Shown here piece by piece: positions 40,441-50,165 of a stretch of DNA of 59,092 nt. Every line of letters begins with the position of its first letter. Position 1 is the stretch's first letter. The notes beneath the pieces are model-generated. The model had not been told where the DNA came from and ran no database searches. It was given only the letters and a program-made list of their open reading frames with translations. Made by a program: the position numbers and the translations under genes. The stretch comes from Lysobacterales bacterium (GTDB taxonomy: Bacteria; Pseudomonadota; Gammaproteobacteria; Xanthomonadales; SZUA-36), in the NCBI GenBank assembly GCA_011524975.1, contig WTJD01000029.1:1-59092 (forward strand), read 5' to 3'.

Positions 40441-40496
40441 TTTCGATTCCCTGGTTTCGATTCCCTGGTTTCGAATCCCTGGTTTCGAATCTCAGA
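40441..40496. repeat. Tandem 14-nt repeat, ~4 copies
   Basis: The copies tttcgattccctgg / tttcgattccctgg / tttcgaatccctgg / tttcgaatctcaga lie between the convergent stops of the PP-loop gene and parB. Confidence 0.95.
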
Positions 40497-40503
40497 CCTC
40501 GAG

Positions 40504-41385
40504 TTATGGCTCACCGCTCTTCAAATGCCCGATAATCCCCTCCAGCTCATCGGCCGAGTTGTAGCTGATCACCAATTTCCCCTTGCCTTTGCTCCCATGC
40601 TGGATTTTCACCGTTGCGCACAGGCGCTCTCCCAGCTGATCCTGCAATCGCTTGATATCCGGATCCATGACCTTTTTCTTCCGCCCCGGCGGATTCAGCA
40701 GGCGGCGCACCAGCGCCTCGGTGTCACGCACCGACATTCCCTTTGCCACGACTTCGCGGGCGGCGGCCAGCTGCCGCACATCATCCAGGGCCAACAGCGC
40801 TCGCGCGTGCCCCATCTCCAGTTCGCGCGAAGCCACCAGATCCCTGACACCCGCTGGCAGGTCGAGCAGCCGTAACAGGTTGGAAACCATGGAGCGGGAC
40901 CGGCCCACCGCGCTGGCCGCTTCCTGGTGGGTGAGACTGAAATCATCCACGAGCTGTTTCAGGGCGTTGGCCTCTTCCAGGGGGTTGAGGTTTTCCCGCT
41001 GAATGTTTTCGATCAGGGCAAGCGCCACCGCGGTCTCGTCATCCACCTCGCGGATAATGACGGGAATGGTTTCAAGGCCGGCCAGGTGGGCTGCTCGCCA
41101 GCGGCGTTCACCCGCAATGATCTCATAGTCATCCGCGGCCTGACGCACCACGATGGGCTGAATAACACCCTGGGCTTCGATGGAATCGGCCAGCTCTCGC
41201 AGGCTTTCCTCCTCGAATTGCGTCCGCGGCTGGCAAGCGCCGGGCTGGATGCGGTCAAGCGGCAATTCCCGGTGACCGCCGTCGGGCGCCTGACCCCTCG
41301 ACCGGTCAGCGGCCTGTTGCAGGCTGTTCTGGCTGAGCATGGAGCTGAGGTTGCGGCCCAGCACGGATTTCTTCTTGCTACTCAA
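40504..41385 (-). CDS. parB: Chromosome partitioning protein ParB
   Basis: It has LPLDRIQPGACQPR, GVIQPIVVR and YEIIAGERRWRAAHLAGL. Confidence 0.95.
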   Translation of the reverse strand: MSSKKKSVLGRNLSSMLSQNSLQQAADRSRGQAPDGGHRELPLDRIQPGACQPRTQFEEESLRELADSIEAQGVIQPIVVRQAADDYEIIAGERRWRAAHLAGLETIPVIIREVDDETAVALALIENIQRENLNPLEEANALKQLVDDFSLTHQEAASAVGRSRSMVSNLLRLLDLPAGVRDLVASRELEMGHARALLALDDVRQLAAAREVVAKGMSVRDTEALVRRLLNPPGRKKKVMDPDIKRLQDQLGERLCATVKIQHGSKGKGKLVISYNSADELEGIIGHLKSGEP

Positions 41386-42199
41386 TCGTACCTTCCTCGG
41401 CTATATCTGCTGTCAGGGCTCTGCCCGCCTCGCGATTGCGGCGCCGGCGAAGCACTTCACCGGCCAGCCCCAGGTAGGCAAGCGCCCCTCGAGACGCGGG
41501 GTCGTAGCGCAAAATCGGCAACCCGTAACTGGGCGCCTCGGCGACACGAACGTTGCGAGGCACCATTGTACGGTAGACCAGATCACCAAAATTACCCGTC
41601 AGCTCATCCGAAACGGCTGAAGAGAGATTATTTCGAATGTCGAACATGGTCCGCAACAACCCTTCCACTTCGAGCCCGGGATTGACGCTGGCCCTGACTT
41701 GCTCGATGGTCTCGAGCAGAGCCGCCAGACCCTCGAGGGCATAGTATTCACACTGGATCGGTATCAGAACACTGTTGGCGGCGGTCAACGCGTTCAAAGT
41801 GAGCATATTGAGCGAGGGCGGGCAATCGATGATGACCCATCCATAGCGGGGAGCAACCGCCTCGAGCGCTGACTTCAGGCGGAACTCACGCTCCTCCATT
41901 TCCAGCAACCGAACCTCCGCGGCCGTCAGGTCAGAGTTCGAGGGCAGCAAATCAAAGCCCAGTTCGTCCAGGCTGATCACCACATCCTGAACTTCCAGGG
42001 CGCCGGTCATGACATCGAATGCCGAGTGTTCCAGCGAGCGGCCATCCACCCCGCACCCCACCGTCGCATTGCCCTGGCTGTCCAGATCAACCAGGAGCGT
42101 GCGATAGCTCATATCGGCCAGGGCCGATGCGAGGTTGACACAGGTTGTTGTTTTGCCGACGCCGCCTTTCTGGTTGGCGACCGCGATAATTCTTGCCAT
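41378..42199 (-). CDS. parA: Chromosome partitioning ATPase ParA/Soj
   Basis: I trimmed the start to MARIIAVANQKGGVGKTTT (deviant Walker A). Confidence 0.95.
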   Translation of the reverse strand: MARIIAVANQKGGVGKTTTCVNLASALADMSYRTLLVDLDSQGNATVGCGVDGRSLEHSAFDVMTGALEVQDVVISLDELGFDLLPSNSDLTAAEVRLLEMEEREFRLKSALEAVAPRYGWVIIDCPPSLNMLTLNALTAANSVLIPIQCEYYALEGLAALLETIEQVRASVNPGLEVEGLLRTMFDIRNNLSSAVSDELTGNFGDLVYRTMVPRNVRVAEAPSYGLPILRYDPASRGALAYLGLAGEVLRRRRNREAGRALTADIAEEGTIE

Positions 42200-42216
42200 C
42201 GGTAACTGTTCTATGC

Positions 42217-42870
42217 TCAAGAGCGCTGCGAAGAGAGCGACATGATGACGACATGTCGCTCCGCGTGCAAACCCGGCACCTGGTAGGCTTCAACGGCCTC
42301 GACTTTGACCGATGGATGCAGGGCAGCCAGCTCCTCTGACGGCAGCCTGCCCTTGATGGCCAGCACCTGGGTCAGGTCTCCGGCCAGATGCCCCACGCGC
42401 GCGGCATACAGCGCCAGCGATGAAAAGGCCCGGCTCACGATGGTGTCAAACGGGGCGCTGTGCTCGAATTCCTCGACCCGAGACTGTGACACGGTGACAT
42501 TCTCCAGCCCAAGGGTTCGAACGACATGCCGTAAAAACCTGACCCGCTTGCCTGCACTGTCCAGCAGCCAAAAATGCTTTTCTGGATTGACCATGGCCAG
42601 CGGTACGCCGGGAAAACCCGCCCCACTGCCCACATCCAGCACGCGCTCATCACGCAGCCACGGGTTGACGCAAAGGGCGTCCAGCACATGTCGGTCGACC
42701 AGAGCGTCAAGATCGCCACGCGCCACCAGGTTATAGCTGCCCGACCATTTACGGATCAGGCCGATATGCTCCAGCAGCCCGCACACGACGCGCTCTTCCA
42801 CGGCCAGGCCGAGCTCACGCATGCCGTGCTCGAGACGGCGGCGCTCATGGGTTTCCTTGGGCTTATCCAT
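42217..42870 (-). CDS. rsmG: 16S rRNA (guanine527-N7)-methyltransferase
   Basis: It has LIRKWSGSYNLVA and VLDVGSGAGFPGVPLA. The start is uncertain; I trimmed it to MDKPKE, whereas the track ORF starts at 42954. Confidence 0.9.
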   Translation of the reverse strand: MDKPKETHERRRLEHGMRELGLAVEERVVCGLLEHIGLIRKWSGSYNLVARGDLDALVDRHVLDALCVNPWLRDERVLDVGSGAGFPGVPLAMVNPEKHFWLLDSAGKRVRFLRHVVRTLGLENVTVSQSRVEEFEHSAPFDTIVSRAFSSLALYAARVGHLAGDLTQVLAIKGRLPSEELAALHPSVKVEAVEAYQVPGLHAERHVVIMSLSSQRS

Positions 42871-43330
42871 CCCGCGGCATCTCATGGCATTGCGATGCCC
42901 GCGCGAAGCGGATACCCGGCGTCGGGTCGCTTTCTTCACGATGACGGCAAGCACCCGGGCCGCCCAGGTTGCGGGCGCCGGCCGGCAACAGGCCGCTGCG
43001 CAGGGTGTTCATGTGCTGGAACATCAATTTCAAACCGGGCATCCCGTCCTAATCGCCATCCGGCGGCGGCCAGACGCCGCTACTCGCCCCCGGGCAGTTC
43101 GCTGCCGCCCGGGCTCACATCCCTGACCATTGAAGCCGGCCGCCCGCGCCGATGAGCAGTGACCATCACCGGGTCTGATTCAGGCCGCCCGGCGGGGCCG
43201 TCTGTGCCGACACCCCGCTCAGAGCTGCGCCCGGCAGCGTCGGGCAGGCGGAAGTATTACCCGACACATCGGTGTATCCTAACCCGTTCAGGGGATGAAG
43301 ATTTAACATTTCATTCGAGGGCATGGGCAG

Positions 43331-44692
43331 GTGGCAGAAGAACACACCGGAACTCTGGAGAGCAAAACGCAGCTGGTCGAGTACATCGAATCGGGCTGCA
43401 AGCCGCCCGAGGACTGGCGGCTGGGCACCGAGCATGAAAAATTCGGCTTCTCCGTTGCTGATCTGAGCCCGCTTCGCTATGAGGGTGACCACGGCATTCG
43501 CGCCATCCTTGAAGGCCTGTCCGACCAGTTCGCCTGGCGCCCCGTGCTGGAAAAAGACAATGTCATCGCGCTGCTGGATGAAACCGGCGCCTCCATCACC
43601 CTGGAGCCGGGCGGGCAGCTTGAACTGTCCGGAGCCCTGCTCGACAGCATCCACCAGACCTGCACGGAAGTGAATACCCATTTGAAGCAGGTCAAGGCGG
43701 TGGCCGAACCGCTGGGCGCTGCTTTTTTGGGCATGGGCTTTCACCCCCGCGCCAGGAGAGAAGATATTCACTGGATGCCTAAAGGGCGATACCAGATCAT
43801 GCGGGACTACATGCCAAAGGTGGGGTCACTGGGGCTGGACATGATGACCCGGACCTGCACCGTCCAGGTGAACCTTGATTTTTCCAGTGAGGATGACATG
43901 GTCCGCAAGTTTCGGACCTCATTGGCCCTGCAGCCCATCGCGACCGCCCTGTTCGCCAACTCGCCGTTTGTCAACGGCCGCCCCAGCGGTTTTCTCAGTT
44001 ATCGCTCTCATGTCTGGGAGGACACCGACCCGGACAGAACGGGCATGCTTCCCTGGGTCTTCGACGACGAGATGGGCTTCGAACGATATGTCGACTATAT
44101 GCTGGACGTACCCATGTACTTCGTCTACCGCGAGGGCCGATACGTGGACGCGTCGGGCCAGTCGTTCCGGGACTTCCTGGAGGGTCGTCTGCCCGCATTG
44201 CCTGGCGAACTGCCCCGCATCAGTGACTGGGAAGACCACCTGACGACGGCATTCCCGGAGGTCAGGCTCAAGAAATTTCTCGAGATGCGCGGCGCGGATG
44301 GGGGGCCGTGGGGCGAATTGTGCGCCTTGCCGGCACTGTGGGCCGGCCTGCTCTACGATGCCACCAGCCTCGAGGCCGCCTGGGATATCACCAGGGGCTG
44401 GAGCATGGAAGAACGTTTGCAACTGCGGGCCGATTCACCCCGGTTGGCGCTGAATGCCGAAATTGGCGGACGCACCGTCCGCGACATCGCGCGCGAGGTT
44501 CTGGACATCGCGCGCGCGGGCCTGGCCAACCGTGCGCGGCTCAATGGGGCGGGGGACAATGAGACCGGCTTCCTCCTGCCGCTTCAGGAAACCGTCGAAT
44601 GCGGCAGCACGCCCGCGGATCGCAAGCTCGAACTGTTCCATAGCCGATGGGGCGAGTCAGTGGATCCTGTCTTTGGCGAGTGTGCTTACTGA
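43331..44692 (+). CDS. gshA: Glutamate--cysteine ligase, plant/alpha-proteobacterial type (GCS2)
   Basis: It has [53 protein letters not shown] and [19 protein letters not shown]. Confidence 0.92.
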   Translation: MAEEHTGTLESKTQLVEYIESGCKPPEDWRLGTEHEKFGFSVADLSPLRYEGDHGIRAILEGLSDQFAWRPVLEKDNVIALLDETGASITLEPGGQLELSGALLDSIHQTCTEVNTHLKQVKAVAEPLGAAFLGMGFHPRARREDIHWMPKGRYQIMRDYMPKVGSLGLDMMTRTCTVQVNLDFSSEDDMVRKFRTSLALQPIATALFANSPFVNGRPSGFLSYRSHVWEDTDPDRTGMLPWVFDDEMGFERYVDYMLDVPMYFVYREGRYVDASGQSFRDFLEGRLPALPGELPRISDWEDHLTTAFPEVRLKKFLEMRGADGGPWGELCALPALWAGLLYDATSLEAAWDITRGWSMEERLQLRADSPRLALNAEIGGRTVRDIAREVLDIARAGLANRARLNGAGDNETGFLLPLQETVECGSTPADRKLELFHSRWGESVDPVFGECAY

Positions 44693-44710
44693 TCTCTGGT
44701 TGGGGGTGAG

Positions 44711-44732
44711 CCACGGGCTTTGAGGCCCGTGG
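44711..44732. terminator. GC-rich hairpin between convergent gshA and the DUF3617-like gene
   Basis: The stem ccacgggc (44711-44718) pairs with gcccgtgg (44725-44732). There is no clear T-run. Confidence 0.4.
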
Positions 44733-44750
44733 ACCATTGGACCACCGGGC

Positions 44751-45170
44751 CTAGTCGCAGTCGCCCAACCGCTCGCCGGACCACGACATCGATATTTCCA
44801 TTTGCTGACCGCCCAGGTCGGAAACCATCTTGCCCTCTCCCTGCATGCTGTCTCCGTTAGAGGTAAATGACCAGGTACCGCTGGACGGCCCCATCGGACC
44901 CGAACATTCCATGGACCAGCTGATGGTGCCGCCATCCACTTCAGGGCTGCTCGTGCTGCAGCCGGAGCCCTCATCCATCTGGAAATCCTCGGGGTCGAAC
45001 GTGGTTTCCTCAACACAATCGGTGAACGTCCGCTCCTGCGGATCCGATAGCATCGGCATCGTCATCGAAAAGCGCATTTCCCAGAGCCCCGGTTCAAGAG
45101 AGACCCCGTCCGCGTGAGCAAAAGAAACACTCAACAGCCCCAGCAAAAACATCATTCGAATCCCATTCAT
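44751..45170 (-). CDS. Small secreted protein, DUF3617-like
   Basis: It has a signal peptide and then LEPGLWEMRF with several Cys. That pattern is reminiscent of DUF3617 lipoproteins. Confidence 0.45.
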   Translation of the reverse strand: MNGIRMMFLLGLLSVSFAHADGVSLEPGLWEMRFSMTMPMLSDPQERTFTDCVEETTFDPEDFQMDEGSGCSTSSPEVDGGTISWSMECSGPMGPSSGTWSFTSNGDSMQGEGKMVSDLGGQQMEISMSWSGERLGDCD

Positions 45171-45225
45171 GGTTCATTGCTTCCTTTTTCAATTCAGCCG
45201 GTCACGCAGAAACCGGCGTAACATC

Positions 45226-45256
45226 AACAAATAAAGGGCCAGCATCTGCTGGCCCC
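45226..45256 (-). terminator. Rho-independent terminator after the 45311-45712 gene
   Basis: The stem gggccagc (45236-45243) pairs with gctggccc (45248-45255). On the minus strand it is followed by TTTATTTG. Confidence 0.65.
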
Positions 45257-45310
45257 CGATGACAAAAGCGCGATGATACAACGGCCCGCGGGCCAACCGC
45301 CAGCGGCTGT

Positions 45311-45712
45311 CTAGCCCTCTTCCGGTTCCACCTTCCAGACCACCAGCCGCCAGTCATTGACGTTTCTGGAACTGTGGTCGAAACCGATGTAGTAAGTCTT
45401 GCCCGCCTCGAACTCGACTTCCAGGTCTGGCACCTCCTGGCTGACTCTCCCGTGCAGGGGGCGACAGTAGGAAGTGTCCAGAAACGCGCGGCCGTTCAGG
45501 CTGTGCCTACCCGCCTCGATGTCGAACCCGTTGCGGTGAACATAGACTCGCTCACCATCCACCCGCCAGATCTGCACCGCTGACAGGCACTGGGCCGGTT
45601 TGCTGTTCATCGTCACGATTCGGGCATTGGACGCCGGGTCCTCCGAGGCGGTCGAAGCCGCGAGGGAAAAAGCCAGAACGGAAAGCATGCTTCCAAGCAG
45701 AATCCTTTTCAT
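45311..45712 (-). CDS. Secreted protein of unknown function
   Basis: I trimmed the start to MKRILLGSMLSVLAFSLAAS (signal peptide). I recognised no family. Confidence 0.5.
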   Translation of the reverse strand: MKRILLGSMLSVLAFSLAASTASEDPASNARIVTMNSKPAQCLSAVQIWRVDGERVYVHRNGFDIEAGRHSLNGRAFLDTSYCRPLHGRVSQEVPDLEVEFEAGKTYYIGFDHSSRNVNDWRLVVWKVEPEEG

Positions 45713-45819
45713 TCGGTGTCCTCCTGTATGTATGCGCGCGAAACGCGCCACGCAGTTCTCCTGTTCTCCCAGCTTAGCCCAAACGGCTTCTTGTTGCCGG
45801 CATCAGCCGGCTGGCCTGT

Positions 45820-48333
45820 CTAAAACGGCAGCTCCAACTCCGGCTCGATCGCCAGCATCTGCATGCGAAACGCCTCCTGGATCACCTGCAAAGCCTCCTC
45901 GCTCTCGGCATCGAACCTGACCACCAGGATGGGCGTGGTATTGGAGGCCCGGCACAGACCCCAGCCGTCTTCGAAGTCGGCACGAATGCCGTCTATCGTG
46001 TTGACCCGGGCATCAGGGAAGTTGGCCTGATCCTGGAATTTCCGAATGAACGCATGGTTGGCGCCCTCGGTCATCTGCACTTTTAATTCAGGCGTACTGA
46101 CGCTGTTGGGCAGAGCGGTGAGCACCTCCTCCGGTGAACGCTCGTCCTTGGCGAGAATCTCCAGCAGCCTGGCGGCGGAATAAATGCCACAATCAAACCC
46201 GTACCAGCGATCACTGAAGAAGAAATGGCCGCTCATTTCACCCGCGAATGGCGCGCCGGCTTTGCGCATGTGGTTCTTGATCAGTGAATGACCGGTCTTG
46301 TACATCTCCGGCTCACCCCCCGCCTCACGAATCACCTGGTCGAGATGCCCGGTGCACTTCACGTCATAAATAATGGGCGCGCCCGGATGACGGCTGAGAA
46401 TCTCCGTGGCGAACAGCATCATGACCCGGTCAGAGTAGATGATCTCCCCCGAAGGCGTCACGACACCGAGCCGGTCCGCGTCACCGTCAAACGCCACACC
46501 CAGGTCGGCATTCATCAGCCTGACCGACTCGATCAGATCGCGCAGGTTCTCGGGCTCGCTGGGGTCAGGGTGGTGATTGGGGAAATCACCGTCCACTTCG
46601 TCGTAAAGGGGCAGCACCTCGGCGCCGATCGCACGAAGCACGTCGGCCGCGTTCACCCCACCAATGCCGTTTCCACAGTCGGCGACCACCTTCAAAGGCC
46701 GCTCGAGTTGAATATCGGAGGCGATTCGATCCCGGTAACGATCCAGCGCATCGGTGCGATTCACGATGCCCTCACCGGTCTTGAGATCACCGGATTCCAG
46801 GCGTTCGAACAAAGCCCTGATCTTGTCTCCGGCAAGGGTTTCGCCCCCGATCATGACTTTGAAACCATTGTAATCCGGAGGGTTGTGACTGCCGGTGACC
46901 ATGACGCCTGAACCGCTGTCACACTCGTTGGCCATGTAGTACAGGACCCCGGTGGGCACAGCACCGATGTCGACCACATCACAACCGGTGCTTGAAATAC
47001 CCTCGACCATGCCTTCCGCCAGGTCCGGGCCTGAATGGCGGCCATCCCGACCAACGACCACGGGTGCGGCATTGGCTTCCAATGCGGCGCTGCCGATGGC
47101 CTGACCAACCCTGTAGGCAATACCCCTGTCCAGGGTCTCACCCACAATGCCCCGGATGTCATAGGCCCGGAAAATATCTTTGCGCATATCAACCTCCGTT
47201 TCTGGCTGCGGACGGTGCTCTCTCCGGTGCTTGTCCGGGTCAAAACTCACATCTTCCAAATTGACCTCGGGCATGGGATCAGGCTCGGGTTCGGGTTCAG
47301 GCTCGGTCTCGGATTCCTCGAGCAGATCGGCCCCGGACTCCGGCTGCGATGACCCAAGCGCTTCTGTTGCCTCCTCTTCGCCCTGCGGGGCCATGTCCTC
47401 TGCAACTGCCTCCAGCATGGCGGGGTCTTCCTCGAGCTCACGCAGGGTTCGAGCCAACTGCACGCGCCTGATGCCCCCGAACGCCACCAGCAATCCGCCC
47501 AGGACAAACAAGGCGAGGCTCACACTCGAGGGCATCCCTGCTGCCTGCTGACCCATAGGCAAGACGACACGGAAAAGCGTGCCGGGCACGTTGAGTCTGT
47601 ACGGTGAAGCGCCCAGTAGCGACGAGTCTCCGAAAGACTTCAGCGCGGTCGCTGAAAACCGACCGTTGCGTTGCTCCAGACCGATATACCCCGCTTCCGG
47701 TATCGTCATGTTGAACCCGCCAAGAACCAGCCCGATGTCTGCCTTGATCAACAAAACGGCCTCAGGATCACCTTCGCGCGGGATCGTCACCGCACCGGCC
47801 ACCACGCGCTGACCGTTGACCTCAAAGGACTGCACGTCGGCCTGCCCCGACTCGAGGGCTTCCAGCGCCATGGCCATGATGATGAAATGATGGTCAGTCG
47901 GGCTGTCGTCGAGGGCAAGGACCTGCTCTGGATCGATGATGCTCAAGCCGACAAATTCGCTCACCCGGCCAGCAAGATATTGTTCGAGCTCCGCTGTGCG
48001 GTCCGGATTCTCCATGGCCAGGCCGGCGAGTTCGAGCACCTGCTCATCCTCGAACAGCCGCGTGAATGCTGTCACTGCTTCCCGCATTTGACCAACGGCT
48101 CTTTGCCCCTGGGCGAGCGCCTGATCAGACTGCTGTTCACCCGCCGACCCCACGAACAGCATTCCGGCCGCCACCGCGATCAAGACCGCGCCCGAGAAAA
48201 TGAGAAACAGGGGTTTCTGCAGGAATCCGGGCAGCTTCACCGGCTTCTTTGTTTTGGCAGGTTGGTCAGATTTGCGTTCTTTGGGCGATTCCTCAGCGTT
48301 GCTGTCGCCTTTACGCCTGAACAGTTGCATCAT
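45820..48333 (-). CDS. algC: Phosphomannomutase/phosphoglucomutase, long form with a ~380-aa membrane-anchored N-terminal extension
   Basis: The C-terminal ~455 aa carry [28 protein letters not shown] (active-site Ser), FDGDADR and GEMSGHFFF. The N-terminus has two TM segments and an acidic [10 protein letters not shown] linker. Its start overlaps the dut stop by 4 nt. Confidence 0.9.
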   Translation of the reverse strand: MMQLFRRKGDSNAEESPKERKSDQPAKTKKPVKLPGFLQKPLFLIFSGAVLIAVAAGMLFVGSAGEQQSDQALAQGQRAVGQMREAVTAFTRLFEDEQVLELAGLAMENPDRTAELEQYLAGRVSEFVGLSIIDPEQVLALDDSPTDHHFIIMAMALEALESGQADVQSFEVNGQRVVAGAVTIPREGDPEAVLLIKADIGLVLGGFNMTIPEAGYIGLEQRNGRFSATALKSFGDSSLLGASPYRLNVPGTLFRVVLPMGQQAAGMPSSVSLALFVLGGLLVAFGGIRRVQLARTLRELEEDPAMLEAVAEDMAPQGEEEATEALGSSQPESGADLLEESETEPEPEPEPDPMPEVNLEDVSFDPDKHRREHRPQPETEVDMRKDIFRAYDIRGIVGETLDRGIAYRVGQAIGSAALEANAAPVVVGRDGRHSGPDLAEGMVEGISSTGCDVVDIGAVPTGVLYYMANECDSGSGVMVTGSHNPPDYNGFKVMIGGETLAGDKIRALFERLESGDLKTGEGIVNRTDALDRYRDRIASDIQLERPLKVVADCGNGIGGVNAADVLRAIGAEVLPLYDEVDGDFPNHHPDPSEPENLRDLIESVRLMNADLGVAFDGDADRLGVVTPSGEIIYSDRVMMLFATEILSRHPGAPIIYDVKCTGHLDQVIREAGGEPEMYKTGHSLIKNHMRKAGAPFAGEMSGHFFFSDRWYGFDCGIYSAARLLEILAKDERSPEEVLTALPNSVSTPELKVQMTEGANHAFIRKFQDQANFPDARVNTIDGIRADFEDGWGLCRASNTTPILVVRFDAESEEALQVIQEAFRMQMLAIEPELELPF

Positions 48334-48785
48334 TCGTGTCCCGTGTGTCCGAAGCCCCCGGCCCCGCGGTCAGTGGCGTGAAAATCATCGACGCATTCCC
48401 ACTCTACCCGTTGAATCGGGAGAAAAACGAGCTGGGCGATTCTCGCGCCCACCTCGATCAGAAAGGGCTCGTCAGACCGGTTCCAGCAGGAAACAAACAC
48501 CTGTCCCTGGTAGTCGCTGTCAATCAATCCGACAAGGTTGCCCAAAACGATCCCATGCTTATGCCCCAGGCCGGAGCGCGGCAGAATAACCGCAGCCAGG
48601 CCGGGATCAGCAATATACATCGCAAACCCGCTGGGAATGAGCACCGTTTCGCCCGGTTCCACCGTCAGGTCTTCCTCCAGGCAGGCTCGAATGTCCATAC
48701 CGGCAGAGCCGTCTGTGGCGAAATCCGGAAGGTCAATCTCGCGGCCCAGTCGCTGGTCTATCAGCCTGATCTGGATAGGCTTCAC
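48330..48785 (-). CDS. dut: dUTP diphosphatase
   Basis: The 151-aa protein has [36 protein letters not shown] and [11 protein letters not shown]. Confidence 0.95.
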   Translation of the reverse strand: MKPIQIRLIDQRLGREIDLPDFATDGSAGMDIRACLEEDLTVEPGETVLIPSGFAMYIADPGLAAVILPRSGLGHKHGIVLGNLVGLIDSDYQGQVFVSCWNRSDEPFLIEVGARIAQLVFLPIQRVEWECVDDFHATDRGAGGFGHTGHE

Positions 48786-48919
48786 GTGGTTTGGCTCCTG
48801 CTTGATTTGGGCGTTGTTTTAATTCTCTCCACATCATATCAAGCCCAAGGTGTTTTCGCCGAATCCGGGCGCAGGCGCGCGCTCGGGAACCGGGTGACGA
48901 GACAGTTTCTGACGGCATC

Positions 48920-49573
48920 GTGCTGGGGTATCCGATTCCCCGCACCCGCCATCAGGGCCAACATGTTCTGATGGACCAACGAAGCAACAGCGACCTGCTC
49001 ATGCAGGTCATCGGCAAGGGTGACAGCTACGAGCGGACACGTCAGGAGGCCAGGTCCCTGCTGGACAAACACGGCAGCCTGCACGCGCTGTTTGGAGCAG
49101 CCCGCAACGGTAGCGGGTGCTCGAGCAGCGCCCTTGGACCGCTGGCCGCAGCCGTTGAGCTCTATCGCAGACGCTGCCTCGAGCAGCTGCTCAGGGGCGA
49201 AGCGCTCACCAGCCCGTCAAAAACCCTCGACTATTTACGCTGTCGCCTGGCTGACGCCCGGCAGGAAATCTTCGTCGGGCTTTTTATGGATACCCGTCAT
49301 CGCGTGCTCGCTGCCGAGGACCTGTTCCAGGGGTCCATCGACGGGGCTTGCGTGTATCCGAGGGTCGTCGCCGAACGGGCGCTGCAGCTGGGAGCGGCCG
49401 CCGTGATCGTGGCTCATAATCATCCCTCGGGTGTCGCCGAACCCAGCCTCTCGGACCAGGCGATCACCCGCCGGTTAAAAGACGCCCTGGCCCTGCTGGA
49501 GATACGGCTGCTTGATCATTTCATCATCGGGGACGGTGAACCCGTGTCGATGGCGGGACGCGGTATGCTGTAG
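48920..49573 (+). CDS. radC: RadC-family JAB-domain protein
   Basis: It has [16 protein letters not shown] (JAMM motif) and LLDHFIIG. The exact start is uncertain. Confidence 0.85.
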   Translation: MLGYPIPRTRHQGQHVLMDQRSNSDLLMQVIGKGDSYERTRQEARSLLDKHGSLHALFGAARNGSGCSSSALGPLAAAVELYRRRCLEQLLRGEALTSPSKTLDYLRCRLADARQEIFVGLFMDTRHRVLAAEDLFQGSIDGACVYPRVVAERALQLGAAAVIVAHNHPSGVAEPSLSDQAITRRLKDALALLEIRLLDHFIIGDGEPVSMAGRGML

Positions 49574-49689
49574 CCGTACCGGATCATTCGATGCAGGCGC
49601 GAACACTCCGCCCCAGAGCCCTTGCGTATCGGTCGTTATTGATGTTTAATATGCGCCCTTTTTTAGGTTCCAGACAAGCGGGAAGTCCC

Positions 49690-49926
49690 ATGTCCAGAGT
49701 ATGCCAGGTCACCGGTAAAAGGCCGGTCACCGGAAACAACGTGTCGCACTCCAACATCAAGAGCAAGCGACGTTTTTTGCCCAATCTTCACAACCATCGC
49801 TTCTGGGTGGAAAGTGAGAATCGATGGGTCAAGCTGCGGGTGTCCACCAAGGGGCTCCGTATCATCGACAAGAAAGGCATTGACGCCGTTCTTAAAGACA
49901 TGCGCGCCCGCGGCGTGCGTGTCTGA
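49690..49926 (+). CDS. rpmB: 50S ribosomal protein L28
   Basis: I trimmed the start to [33 protein letters not shown] (78 aa). Confidence 0.95.
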   Translation: MSRVCQVTGKRPVTGNNVSHSNIKSKRRFLPNLHNHRFWVESENRWVKLRVSTKGLRIIDKKGIDAVLKDMRARGVRV

Positions 49927-49940
49927 AGGAGGAAATCAAT

Positions 49941-50108
49941 ATGGCAAAGTCAGCACGTGACAAAATTCGCCTCGTGTCTTCAGCCGGCACTGGTCACTTC
50001 TACACCACCGATAAAAACAAGAAGAACACCCCCGGAAAAATGGAGATGAAGAAGTACGATCCGGTGGTCCGCAAGCACGTCATGTACAAGGAAGCCAAGA
50101 TCAAGTAA
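49941..50108 (+). CDS. rpmG: 50S ribosomal protein L33
   Basis: This is my own translation, since the ORF falls below the track length cut-off: [55 protein letters not shown] (55 aa). An AGGAGG RBS lies upstream. Confidence 0.93.
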   Translation: MAKSARDKIRLVSSAGTGHFYTTDKNKKNTPGKMEMKKYDPVVRKHVMYKEAKIK

Positions 50109-50130
50109 GGCAAGCCGAAATCGCACGGAT

Positions 50131-50165
50131 AAAACCCGCCCGCCGTGGCGGGTTTTTATTTTTGG
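50131..50165 (+). terminator. Rho-independent terminator after rpmG (also serves the convergent hydantoinase gene)
   Basis: aaaacccgcc (50131-50140) pairs with ggcgggtttt (50148-50157), followed by TTTTTATTTTT. Confidence 0.85.

Noticed and set aside
42871-43330. The ~375-460-nt gap upstream of rsmG might hold a degraded mnmG (gidA) remnant or an ncRNA.
   Set aside because: I translated the minus strand by hand in all frames. I found only short ORFs with no resemblance to the MnmG C-terminus, and no obvious conserved RNA structure. It is most simply the rsmG/gshA divergent promoter region.
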